A stretch of DNA of 61,203 nucleotides from assembly GCA_021791515.1 (NCBI GenBank), contig JAJYWK010000012.1:1-61203 (forward strand), read 5' to 3'. Within the stretch, counting starts at the first letter, position 1. Each line of letters begins with the position of its first letter. The DNA is from a bacterium (GTDB lineage Bacteria > Patescibacteriota > Doudnabacteria > UBA920). Below, in pieces: positions 1-8,602 of this stretch. The notes under the pieces were generated by a model. The model saw only the letters and a program-made list of their open reading frames with translations. It was not told where the DNA came from and did no database searches. The translations under genes and the position numbers were made by a program.

Positions 1-765
1 TTCATTGCCGGCCGTAATTTTCCGGCCAATGCCGGAAACAATGCCGGTAGTTACGGTATTTTGATATTGCCCCAGAGAGTTTCCAATAGCCACCACCCGC
101 TGGCCAATCTGAATGGAGGCAGAATCGGCTAAATTTAAAAAGGGTTGATTGGAAGTCTCAATTTTTACAATCGCCAAATCGTTTACCGGATCTTTTGCCA
201 ACACTTTTGCCTCAAATTTTTTGCCGTCTTGCGTTAATACGGTATAACTCGCGCTGTCGTCGGACACCACATGTTTGTTGGTTAAAATTAAACCATCGCT
301 CGATACAAAAAATCCGCTGCCCGCTCCAATCTGCTGAATGTTGGGAGTGCTGGATTTTGGCTGCTGCTGTGAGCCGTAAAAAAAGTTAAAAAACGGATCA
401 TCATAAAAAGGATTTATGCCGTATCCGGGAATTTTGCTTAAGTCTTTGGAAATGACTATGGAAACCACGGCCGGACTGGCTTTTTTTACAACGTCAATAA
501 CTGCCGAGTCTTCGCTTAAGGTAATTTTTTGATTAGTGACGGTTTGAAGCAAATTAGAAAAATATTTTTGGTATACTGGGGTTTTTAAAACATAAATCAC
601 CCCGACCGCGCCTCCGGCGGCGCCAAAAACCAAACTTAAAATCAAAGCTAAAATAACAAATTTAAATCCCAGTTTGCCATTTAGCTGATTTTGCTTAAAA
701 TCATAGCTTAAATTTGAAACAGGTACTGGGGTTTGGGAATTTAAATCATTATCTAAATTAGCCAT
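1..765 (-). CDS. HtrA/DegP-family trypsin-like serine protease, N-terminal part (3' end of gene beyond window start)
   Basis: Own translation from ATG 765-763: MANLDNDL..., one TM segment (FKFVILALILSLVFGAAGGAVGVIYVL), then GSGFFVSSDGLILTNKHVV (catalytic His region) and NDLAIVKI (Asp region). Frame open to nt 1, so it is absent from the ORF track. Confidence 0.75.
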   Translation of the reverse strand, partial: MANLDNDLNSQTPVPVSNLSYDFKQNQLNGKLGFKFVILALILSLVFGAAGGAVGVIYVLKTPVYQKYFSNLLQTVTNQKITLSEDSAVIDVVKKASPAVVSIVISKDLSKIPGYGINPFYDDPFFNFFYGSQQQPKSSTPNIQQIGAGSGFFVSSDGLILTNKHVVSDDSASYTVLTQDGKKFEAKVLAKDPVNDLAIVKIETSNQPFLNLADSASIQIGQRVVAIGNSLGQYQNTVTTGIVSGIGRKITAGNE

Positions 766-825
766 ACTTGATGGATGGGGATTACTTATTTTATTTGTAA
801 TTATTATACCATAAAATTGGCTTTC

Positions 826-866
826 ATAAAAACATGGGAACCATTGTGATTCACAGTGGTTCCCAT
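826..866 (-). terminator. Hairpin plus T-run downstream of the 616-aa gene
   Basis: ATGGGAACCA..TGGTTCCCAT inverted repeat (834-866), followed on the minus strand by GTTTTTATG. Confidence 0.45.
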
Positions 867-911
867 TGTTGGTTTTTACTCACCGCCGATTACTTCCAGT
901 TCGGTTGTCTT

Positions 912-2762
912 TTACCGCAATTTTAAAAGATAGCTTTTAAGATTGGAACAATCGGAAGTCGGCCTGATTTGTTGGGCGCATTGTTGGCTTAAAACTTGCA
1001 CATAAGATGATTTTGCCAAATCAGCGCAGCTCATAGTCCCGGTGTGGCCGGAGGGATTATTGACACAAATTCCTAATTCGCTGACAATTGCCGATGTGCA
1101 GTCGCTGGTCAGGCTGGTATAGCCCGAGCACTGTTGGGCCATTACGGCCTGTGTGGTCGGTACTGGCGGCGGGGTTTGAAACACAGTCGACGTGGCAGGC
1201 AATACCGGGGAAATTATTGCGGTATCTAAACAAGTTGATTGTTCTTTGAAAACGGCAATGTTCCCATTATTGGAACTCACCCCCTGGAAGACAAAACGGT
1301 TAACTAATGTTTCGGTAAGCCGGGAGACAATATCGCTAATAAGACTTTCTGCGTTATTAATACCCATTTGTAGCAGCGCGGTAAAACTCGCCCGTTCAGC
1401 GCTAATAATACTGTTAATAGAATTGGAAATTGTGCCCTGCAAAGGATTTCGGGGAGTTTTTAATCCCGGCCCCAGAAGCTCCTGCTCTGCTGCTTTTTGC
1501 GCCGCGCTTAGCGCCTGGCTTGCCGCATCCTGATAGTACAACTCCCAGCCTTGCGGCGAGGAAAGAAAATCCCCCACCCGCGCCAGCTTCTCATAATAAT
1601 TCGGATCCGAGGAACTTAGCGTGCCAGGGTCAAATCCCAAATACTCATTGGCCTTAGCTTCCAGCGCCGGTTTTAAATTTTGATTCTTCCCGCAGCTGAA
1701 TTGGGGAATAAAGTTCTTTATCATATTCCGGTCAAGCGCATCGTTTATATACTTGTTTAAATAATCATCCGCATACTGGCCGTTAATTAAGGCATCGCTA
1801 TAGTATAAAAAATTGGCAATCATGTAATTCTGCTCGATTTTCGTAATTAGCTTATTGAGCATAGTGCCCATAAATTGCAACACGGCAGACCTTAAACCCT
1901 CGCTGACCGCGTCCATAATTATCCGGGGGATATCGCCAATGGTAAAGCTAAAATTTATGCCTAAAAACGCTTTCGCCGGAGGCACCAAAAAATTTCCCTG
2001 AGCCGGCACGGACTGATTAGCATCGGCATAATAATTTACTTCCACATAACCAATCTGATACTTTGCGGCCAGTTTGTTTAGCTCATCGCCGTAAATTTTT
2101 GCGCTGTTATTGGCAATGGCGTAATTTTTATAGAACTGCGCCCAAGTATCGCTATTTTGATCCGCGCTGCCGGCAGAAAAATTCTTTGCCGCAGAAAGCA
2201 AATCCTGATAAGCCAAATACGAGGTAATTAACGCTTTTTGCAGAGGCAAAGCCGCTTTGGGAACCGGCACGGCATAAAGCTGATTGGTTAAATCGGTTAA
2301 TTTTGGCTCCAGCTTTTCGGCCGCTGACTGGTCGGCTGTAAAAAGATTTTGAGCCAAATTCTTGGTATTGGTGTTAAAACTATAAGCCTTGCTTAAACTG
2401 GCTGTTAAATAATCGCTAATGGCTTTTGAACTATCGGCGGAAATAAACTTTAATCTCTTTTCATCAACAACCGGAGCAACAATTGGTTGACTGGGTTTTA
2501 ACTCATTCTCCACTTCCGCCTGGATATCTTCTTTGGATAAAATAGTCTGAAACAATTTTTGACTGGCCTTGCTGTCAACCTTGACTGTTTTTAAATAATT
2601 GAGGTAAGCTTGGGATTGCAAAAATTCCCGGCTTGGGGAGTTTGGAATCGGGGTTGGCTGGTAATTAAAATCCGGCCGGTGCCATATGGACACCAGCCCT
2701 AAGATAATTACCAAAACAATACTGCCGGCAAAAATTTGTTTTTGTTCTTTTGTTTCTAACAT
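912..2762 (-). CDS. Hypothetical membrane-anchored/secreted protein, Cys-rich C-terminus
   Basis: 616-aa ORF with N-terminal TM (IFAGSIVLVIILGLVSIW). No family motif recognised. Confidence 0.65.
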   Translation of the reverse strand: MLETKEQKQIFAGSIVLVIILGLVSIWHRPDFNYQPTPIPNSPSREFLQSQAYLNYLKTVKVDSKASQKLFQTILSKEDIQAEVENELKPSQPIVAPVVDEKRLKFISADSSKAISDYLTASLSKAYSFNTNTKNLAQNLFTADQSAAEKLEPKLTDLTNQLYAVPVPKAALPLQKALITSYLAYQDLLSAAKNFSAGSADQNSDTWAQFYKNYAIANNSAKIYGDELNKLAAKYQIGYVEVNYYADANQSVPAQGNFLVPPAKAFLGINFSFTIGDIPRIIMDAVSEGLRSAVLQFMGTMLNKLITKIEQNYMIANFLYYSDALINGQYADDYLNKYINDALDRNMIKNFIPQFSCGKNQNLKPALEAKANEYLGFDPGTLSSSDPNYYEKLARVGDFLSSPQGWELYYQDAASQALSAAQKAAEQELLGPGLKTPRNPLQGTISNSINSIISAERASFTALLQMGINNAESLISDIVSRLTETLVNRFVFQGVSSNNGNIAVFKEQSTCLDTAIISPVLPATSTVFQTPPPVPTTQAVMAQQCSGYTSLTSDCTSAIVSELGICVNNPSGHTGTMSCADLAKSSYVQVLSQQCAQQIRPTSDCSNLKSYLLKLR

Positions 2763-2949
2763 AGGACCTTCTTTATTATTCTCCCCAATTCATGGGGAGA
2801 TGTCCAGCCCCACTTTCTATTAGTTATTTGTACATGATGATAATCTTTTATATAGCTGATGATTATCAACTATAGTGGAATAACCTTCAGAAAGTGAGGC
2901 TGGACAGAGAGGTTAAAAAAATATTGATCGATTTTATTATATCACAAAA
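2763..2949 (+). repeat. Partial mosaic palindromic element, opposite orientation to the ribosomal-operon copies
   Basis: Plus strand reads CTCCCCAATTCATGGGGAGATGTCCAGCCCCACTTTC ... GAAAGTGAGGCTGGACAGAGAGG. These are the same modules as the 14414-20007 copies, but reverse-complemented relative to the flanking minus-strand genes. Confidence 0.8.
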
Positions 2950-4674
2950 TCATTCTACCAATTCCCCGCCAAAGATTTTTAGCGCCTCGGCAACGGCTTC
3001 GGTAGCGCCAACCGCAGTCGCCGGCTGGTTATTTATTACCTGACCTACAACGGACAGCTTCTTGCCAACCAACTCTCCAATTACCGCAACTATCAATTGG
3101 GAATTTTTTGGTATTTCCAGACTCTTTTTATCAAAAGCAAATTTTACGCTTACGATTATTTTGCCGGGTTGGGTTTGCAGGAGCTGGGTATTTTTTAACA
3201 TACTGGCCAACGGCCCGTTAATTTCCTTGACTTTGGCGATTATTTTCGGCCAAGCCGCCTGAATTTCATCTAAGCTGGCCAAATCCCCTGTCTCCACAAC
3301 CCCAACTTCCGACTGCGGAATATTTTCTGATTCAACCCTAACAACAGGAGGTTTGTTAACATCCGACTTTACCGACATCTCAACATCACTTCCAATTATC
3401 CGACCTTCCGACTCACCGACCTTCCGACTCACCGACCTTCCGACATTCCGATTCTCCGACTCACCGATTTGCCGACCTGCCTCGCCGGCAGGCGGGCTTG
3501 CCGACTTCCGAGTTGCCGCCTCTATCCCCGCTATGAGCAACGGCACCTGCGGGACTGGTGAAAACGGCAAATCTTTATACGCCTTTAAAAACAGGCGTGT
3601 GATATAAATTAATTCCGGAACGGAAAAACTTTCTGCAAGCGTTGTAAGTTTCTCTTCATGTTGTTCTGCCAGCCCAAAATGAATTGCGCCTCCGCCGATT
3701 TTGGCAATTAGCACCTTGCGCAAAAATTCCAAAAAGTCGCGGTTAAAAATCGCGTAATCCGCGCCCTTTTGGGCAAGCTGATTCAAAAATTCCGGGACTT
3801 TTTGAGCCTCGGACTGCCGGATAATTTCCAAAAACTCTGCGGCTGTGCCAAAATCGGTAATTCCCAAAAGCTGCTCTGCTTCTTCCAGGCTGGCTAACGT
3901 GCCCAAGGTGGAAACCTTTCCCAAAAGCGACAAAGCGTCTCTTACGCTGCCTTCCGCGTTATTAGCTAACAATTCCAAAATCGAGTTATTAAAATCTACG
4001 CCTTCTTTTTTGCAAACTTCTTTCAGTAAGTCAAAAATATCCTTTGAGCTCAAGGCCTTAAAATCAAAACGTTGGGTGCGGGAAATAATAGTAGGCGGCA
4101 CTTTGCCTATTTCCGTGGTGGCTAAAATAAAAATCGCATGCTTTGGCGGTTCTTCCAAAGTCTTAAGCAGCGCGTTAAACGCGCCCTTAGAAAGCATATG
4201 AACTTCGTCGATAATAAATACTTTATAATTACCTACCGATGGAGAAAACTTTACATGCTCTATTAGTTCGCGAATATTATCCACGCCGGTATTGGATGCC
4301 GCGTCAATTTCCACTAAGTCGATAAAGTTGCCCTGCTCAATCTGCTTGCACACAGAGCACTCCCCACACGCGCCCCCCAAAGCATCAGGCAAAGCCTGCA
4401 CATTATTACTCTCCCCCTTTTGGGGGAGATGTCCGCCTTCGGCGGACAGAGAGGGCTCCGACCCGCCGATACGCCGACTCGCCGATTCACAATTCACCGC
4501 CTTTGCCATAATCCTCGCGACCGATGTCTTTCCCACCCCCCGACTGCCGGTAAACAAATAGGCATGCGCAAAACTGCCCCCAGCTACCTGGTTTTTGAGG
4601 GTTTGAATTATGGATTTTTGGCCCACCACGTCCGCGAAAATTTGGGGGCGATACTTGCGGTATAAAACAGCCAT
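2950..4674 (-). CDS. dnaX: DNA polymerase III subunit gamma/tau
   Basis: MAVLYRKYRPQIFADVVGQ, Walker A GSRGVGKTS, DEVHMLS, SRTQRF. Stop codon is TGA. Confidence 0.9.
   Translation of the reverse strand: MAVLYRKYRPQIFADVVGQKSIIQTLKNQVAGGSFAHAYLFTGSRGVGKTSVARIMAKAVNCESASRRIGGSEPSLSAEGGHLPQKGESNNVQALPDALGGACGECSVCKQIEQGNFIDLVEIDAASNTGVDNIRELIEHVKFSPSVGNYKVFIIDEVHMLSKGAFNALLKTLEEPPKHAIFILATTEIGKVPPTIISRTQRFDFKALSSKDIFDLLKEVCKKEGVDFNNSILELLANNAEGSVRDALSLLGKVSTLGTLASLEEAEQLLGITDFGTAAEFLEIIRQSEAQKVPEFLNQLAQKGADYAIFNRDFLEFLRKVLIAKIGGGAIHFGLAEQHEEKLTTLAESFSVPELIYITRLFLKAYKDLPFSPVPQVPLLIAGIEAATRKSASPPAGEAGRQIGESENRNVGRSVSRKVGESEGRIIGSDVEMSVKSDVNKPPVVRVESENIPQSEVGVVETGDLASLDEIQAAWPKIIAKVKEINGPLASMLKNTQLLQTQPGKIIVSVKFAFDKKSLEIPKNSQLIVAVIGELVGKKLSVVGQVINNQPATAVGATEAVAEALKIFGGELVE
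3401..3480. repeat. Ten tandem 8-nt units CGAYNNNC inside dnaX
   Basis: cgaccttc cgactcac cgaccttc cgactcac cgaccttc cgacattc cgattctc cgactcac cgatttgc cgacctgc, read directly. Translated as ...GESENRNVGRSVSRKVGESEGR... Confidence 0.9.
4411..4490. repeat. Palindromic mosaic modules plus 8-nt repeats inserted in-frame in dnaX
   Basis: CTCCCCCTTTTGGGGGAG, then GTCCGCCTTCGGCGGACAGAGAGGG, then cgacccgc cgatacgc cgactcgc cgattcac. Encodes SRRIGGSEPSLSAEGGHLPQKGE. Confidence 0.85.
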
Positions 4675-4841
4675 ACCCAGTAGAATTTCTTCGCAATTGC
4701 TCCCTGCATCAAAAGCCGACTAAACAATTGCTGATTTTATGTAATAATATTTACCCAATAAACGCTACTCTTTAAGACTCGCAAAGAAGGCTTTGCGAAG
4801 AAGCTCTACTGGGCATACACCCTATTATACCATTCCCCCAG

Positions 4842-5963
4842 CTACTGTAAAACTATGCTCACAATCTCGCTATGTGTGCCTACCCGCTGGGGTGGACCCC
4901 AGGTACCGACGCCGACGGTAGTTAATACTTGCATGTTTTTATAGGGTGTTAAGCCGTATTCATAGCCGCGAAAAAGAATTTTGGTTAAGAGGTTAAACGG
5001 AAACACCTGCCCCATATGGGTGTGGCCGGAAACCATTAAATTAACATGGGCCTCGTTTGCCGCTTTAAATCCCGATGGCACGTGCTTCATAAGAATGCTG
5101 GGCTTATCGCGGTCAAAATCAATTGCCTTAAGCACCTTGCGCAAATGCCTCACGCCCCGTGTACTGCGGTAATCCACGCCAATAATTTGAAGACCATTAA
5201 TTTCCACAAAATCATTATTCAGCACGACTACGCCGGCCTTTTTTAAAGCATGGACAAAAGGCACGTTGTGCTTAAATTCCTCATGGTTGCCGTCGCAAAA
5301 AAACACTCCGTGCTTAGCCTTAATTTTCGCCAGCGGGGCGGCCAAAGCTTCTAAATCTGCCGGCGGACCGTCAAAATAATCACCCGGAATTAGAACCAAA
5401 TCCGGCTTTTCGTTTTTTACCAAATCTACAGTTGTGTTAATAAAATTAATTCCGCGGATATTGCCCAAATGCACGTCTGCAAACATTACAATTTTTTTGC
5501 CACTCCAAGCCTGGGGCAAATTTTTTATTTTTATCTGATATCTTGCGATTTTAGTCTGGTAAGATTTCCAAACTCCATAAGCGCTAATAAACAAAGCCAA
5601 TAATATCAGCCAACGACCGATTGCCAAAGTCGGCAGATGCAATTCCGCGCTGTCGTTAAAAACCTGCAGTGTCCAATATCCCAAAGACGCCAATACCAAA
5701 AAATGCCCGGTCCCTAAATATAGATTGACGAAGGCAAAAAAACGAACACGCCACTTGGCGTAGCGCCTCATAACGAGCATCCAGCCGACTGTGAGACCCG
5801 CGTCCAACATCAACAACAGTAAAGTCAAAAGATAGATGGCCCAAAGATTATAAATTTCAAATAGTTGAATAAGGGTAACAAAAAAAATCGCCGTCCACAA
5901 AAGCAAGAGGCTTTGATAGGAAAAAGTCAAAATTATCGGACGTAAAAAAATATAGCGTTTCAT
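4842..5963 (-). CDS. Membrane-anchored metallophosphoesterase
   Basis: N-terminal TM helices, then motifs DVHLG, GDYFD, GNHE, GHTH. Confidence 0.85.
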   Translation of the reverse strand: MKRYIFLRPIILTFSYQSLLLLWTAIFFVTLIQLFEIYNLWAIYLLTLLLLMLDAGLTVGWMLVMRRYAKWRVRFFAFVNLYLGTGHFLVLASLGYWTLQVFNDSAELHLPTLAIGRWLILLALFISAYGVWKSYQTKIARYQIKIKNLPQAWSGKKIVMFADVHLGNIRGINFINTTVDLVKNEKPDLVLIPGDYFDGPPADLEALAAPLAKIKAKHGVFFCDGNHEEFKHNVPFVHALKKAGVVVLNNDFVEINGLQIIGVDYRSTRGVRHLRKVLKAIDFDRDKPSILMKHVPSGFKAANEAHVNLMVSGHTHMGQVFPFNLLTKILFRGYEYGLTPYKNMQVLTTVGVGTWGPPQRVGTHSEIVSIVLQ

Positions 5964-6180
5964 GGGCCTGTTGCCGAATGTGCTTTTCAGACGAAATTTC
6001 AGAATTTCGAGCGGATTGGCACAAATAAATTTTGATGTTTATCCGCGGGATAAGAGGAAAAATTTTGGGGACAAGACGCCGTAATTACGAAATTGCATTC
6101 AAAATGACATTCGGCGACAGGCCCTTTATAACTCAAATCAGGACACAACAAAAACAGCGCTTAGGCTGCTGTAGATTGAA

Positions 6181-6837
6181 TTATTTATTAAATACAATAA
6201 CTTTATAGCCGACAAAATTCCAAAATAAAGAAACGGCTGTTGCAACCACCGCGGCAATATTTTTATCTAAATCTGTATTGGTTAAGTGCACATTGGAGGA
6301 TACCACCGAAATCAACCCGCTGTTAATCCCCAACCCAATCAAAGTTACCACAAAAAACGCGACAAATGAATGGGCTTCGTGGTTAAAATTGGATAAGTGG
6401 AAACCAAAACTTTTCCACAGCGCGCCCTCAAAGATCAAATATATAATTAATAAAATTAAATAAAACAGCCAAGTTGCGGAAAAACGGGAACCAAGCAAAA
6501 CCAAAAGAATAGAAATAACCCCCAAGGCGCCGACCAAAACCAATCTTACAACATTATTCCACAAACTTACGCCCGATTCTGAACCAAAGGCCCAAGTCCG
6601 ATTCCATAAATAGCTTTGTATCACGGCAAAAATAAAAGACACTGCCCCCATTGCCCCCAAACTCCAGCCCTGGCTAATGCCAAAAAATTTGGACAGGGTG
6701 TTTAAAATCAAAAAATTCAGCCCGGTATTTAAAAATCCAATTGCCGCAAAGCGAAAGAATTGATAAATTACGGGCTGCCGTTCCAAAAAAGCTGTTAATT
6801 TTTGCTCAAAAAAACTGGGGTTTTGGATTTTGTCCAT
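6181..6837 (-). CDS. GtrA-like membrane protein
   Basis: FFRFAAIGFLNTGLNFLILN N-terminal signature, multiple TM segments. Confidence 0.6.
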   Translation of the reverse strand: MDKIQNPSFFEQKLTAFLERQPVIYQFFRFAAIGFLNTGLNFLILNTLSKFFGISQGWSLGAMGAVSFIFAVIQSYLWNRTWAFGSESGVSLWNNVVRLVLVGALGVISILLVLLGSRFSATWLFYLILLIIYLIFEGALWKSFGFHLSNFNHEAHSFVAFFVVTLIGLGINSGLISVVSSNVHLTNTDLDKNIAAVVATAVSLFWNFVGYKVIVFNK

Positions 6838-6890
6838 TCCTGATTCCCTGCCTGCCGGCAGGCAGGTTAATTCTAAATTCTTGATTCTAT

Positions 6891-7499
6891 TTATAGCTCT
6901 TCGTCTTCGTCCAAGATAACCTTTGCCCCCTCACCCATTTCTATATCAGCATGGCTGGCGCCTTTTTTAATAACATTTTCCACCGCGGCCCAGTCAGACT
7001 CGGTATCTTTTGGCACCACAATAGTAACTTCATCGCCCGCCTCGGCCTTAAAATAAGTTAAAGAAGCCAGCAAAACCTTAAACGGTTTACCCTCGGCCAT
7101 AACCCGAAAATCTCCCTTGTCGTCCACTATCAACATGCCCAGCATTTTCTTGCGCTCGGCCGGTCCGATTTGTTTATAAATAAACGAACCGTCGTCAGCA
7201 ATCGTAAGCTTCAAAACGTCGCCTTCGATCAGTTTTGATTTGGAAGCGTAATTTGCCGGAACCGGATACTGTTTTTTGTCCGGGCCGATCATATTTTGTC
7301 CGTCAAACACGCCTTCAATAATTTTTCCGCCTTCGGACACCGTTAAAACCTGCGCCTTTTCGGAAAGCGCGGAAAGATTTGCCTTGGTGGCCGGCCCGCC
7401 CATAATTTCCCGCAATAACTGCTTGGCGGAAGAAATACTCTTTTCCGCCGAATCAATCATCTGCGCTATGAGCGCTAAATTAGATACTTTGTTATCCAT
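6891..7499 (-). CDS. Hypothetical protein (202 aa)
   Basis: Clean ORF with non-repetitive composition; no motif recognised. Confidence 0.55.
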   Translation of the reverse strand: MDNKVSNLALIAQMIDSAEKSISSAKQLLREIMGGPATKANLSALSEKAQVLTVSEGGKIIEGVFDGQNMIGPDKKQYPVPANYASKSKLIEGDVLKLTIADDGSFIYKQIGPAERKKMLGMLIVDDKGDFRVMAEGKPFKVLLASLTYFKAEAGDEVTIVVPKDTESDWAAVENVIKKGASHADIEMGEGAKVILDEDEEL

Positions 7500-7666
7500 A
7501 ATTATTTTTGTTTCCTTTGGTCATTGACTGCAGACTGCAAAGTTGAAAACGCCTTAAATTTTATTTTTGTTTCAAAATTGCCATACCTGATTTAAAAGTA
7601 TTATATCACTTAAAATAAAAACAGGCAAATGCCCGCTTATCCACCTCCAAGACGGCTTTTTTTGGC

Positions 7667-8116
7667 CTATTTTGCGCCAATTTCCGATAATAATCCAGCC
7701 TTGTCCGAAGTTGTCATAAGGTAGCTGCAAAAATCCGGATATTTAACGCACATCTGCTGAATGGTCATGTCGGGCCGGGAAGCGTCCTGCAGAAACACAT
7801 TAGACCGCTGCAAATCTTGGGTAAAGATTCGGGCGGCATATTCCTTGATTTCCTTTTCAAATACTTTCACCTGCGAAGGCTCGTAGCCAAAATGCAAAGC
7901 CTGCTTTAAAGTAAAAACCTCCTGAAAATCTTTTTCAATATCAGTAAGAATTTTTAAGGCGCTAATTTCCGATGTCGCGCTGGCCAGGCGGGAAATTACC
8001 CGCTGGGATATTTCCGCCGCGCGCGCCAAAGAAGTTCTGCGGGTGCGGATGGCTTCGGCCAAAAACATGGCCACTAAATCGCTGAAGGGTTGATTTTGCG
8101 CGAATGTTGCCGCCAT
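7667..8116 (-). CDS. Hypothetical protein (149 aa)
   Basis: ORF directly downstream of the Gly/His-rich mini-gene, same strand. Confidence 0.5.
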   Translation of the reverse strand: MAATFAQNQPFSDLVAMFLAEAIRTRRTSLARAAEISQRVISRLASATSEISALKILTDIEKDFQEVFTLKQALHFGYEPSQVKVFEKEIKEYAARIFTQDLQRSNVFLQDASRPDMTIQQMCVKYPDFCSYLMTTSDKAGLLSEIGAK

Positions 8117-8134
8117 AAAAATTTAATTTGCCTA

Positions 8135-8356
8135 TTAATGACCGTGGCCATGTCCGGAACCGTGGGACTTGTGCTCATGGCCGCCACCTCCGCCATAACC
8201 ACCTCCGCCTGCCATATCCACGCCGCCGCCAATTTTAATTACATGCTCTGCCATCTGATCCAAAAAATTCGCCGCTCCCTCGCCGGCAGCTTCCAAAATT
8301 CCCGGCCCGTGGCTTTCCGACCCATGATGACTGCCTCCGCCATGTGGTACTGACAT
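8135..8356 (-). CDS. Gly/His-rich small protein (73 aa)
   Basis: HGGGSHHGSESHG at the N-terminus and GGGGYGGGGGHEHKSHGSGHGHGH at the C-terminus. Low-complexity ends flank a normal-looking core. Confidence 0.45.
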   Translation of the reverse strand: MSVPHGGGSHHGSESHGPGILEAAGEGAANFLDQMAEHVIKIGGGVDMAGGGGYGGGGGHEHKSHGSGHGHGH

Positions 8357-8418
8357 ACTATTGATTTTAATTATCTACTAATAATATTTTATTCCTAAAC
8401 TGCCATAAAATCAACCTG

Positions 8419-8466
8419 CTATAAGCCTCTCTCGATATTCGGAAGCGCCCCGCTCATGTTCTCGGC
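8419..8466 (-). other. Diverged duplicate of the last 15 codons plus stop of the 851-aa ATPase gene
   Basis: Minus strand encodes AENMSGALPNIERGL*, versus the real C-terminus AENMSEALPSIERGL* at 8603-8650. Most nucleotide differences are synonymous. Confidence 0.8.
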
Positions 8467-8472
8467 TATTTA

Positions 8473-8577
8473 TCCAGCACTAATTTCACTAAAGCCTATT
8501 TCTGATAAAAACCCATGATTGGAGCAAAATGAATATTATTTAATAACACCATTACGATTACGGAAATTAGTGCTGGA
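8473..8577. repeat. 15-bp perfect inverted repeat closing a ~75-nt AT-rich loop
   Basis: TCCAGCACTAATTTC (8473-8487) / GAAATTAGTGCTGGA (8563-8577). Confidence 0.9.
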
Positions 8578-8602
8578 CTTCGCTCTGCGGGTTTGAAACA
8601 CG

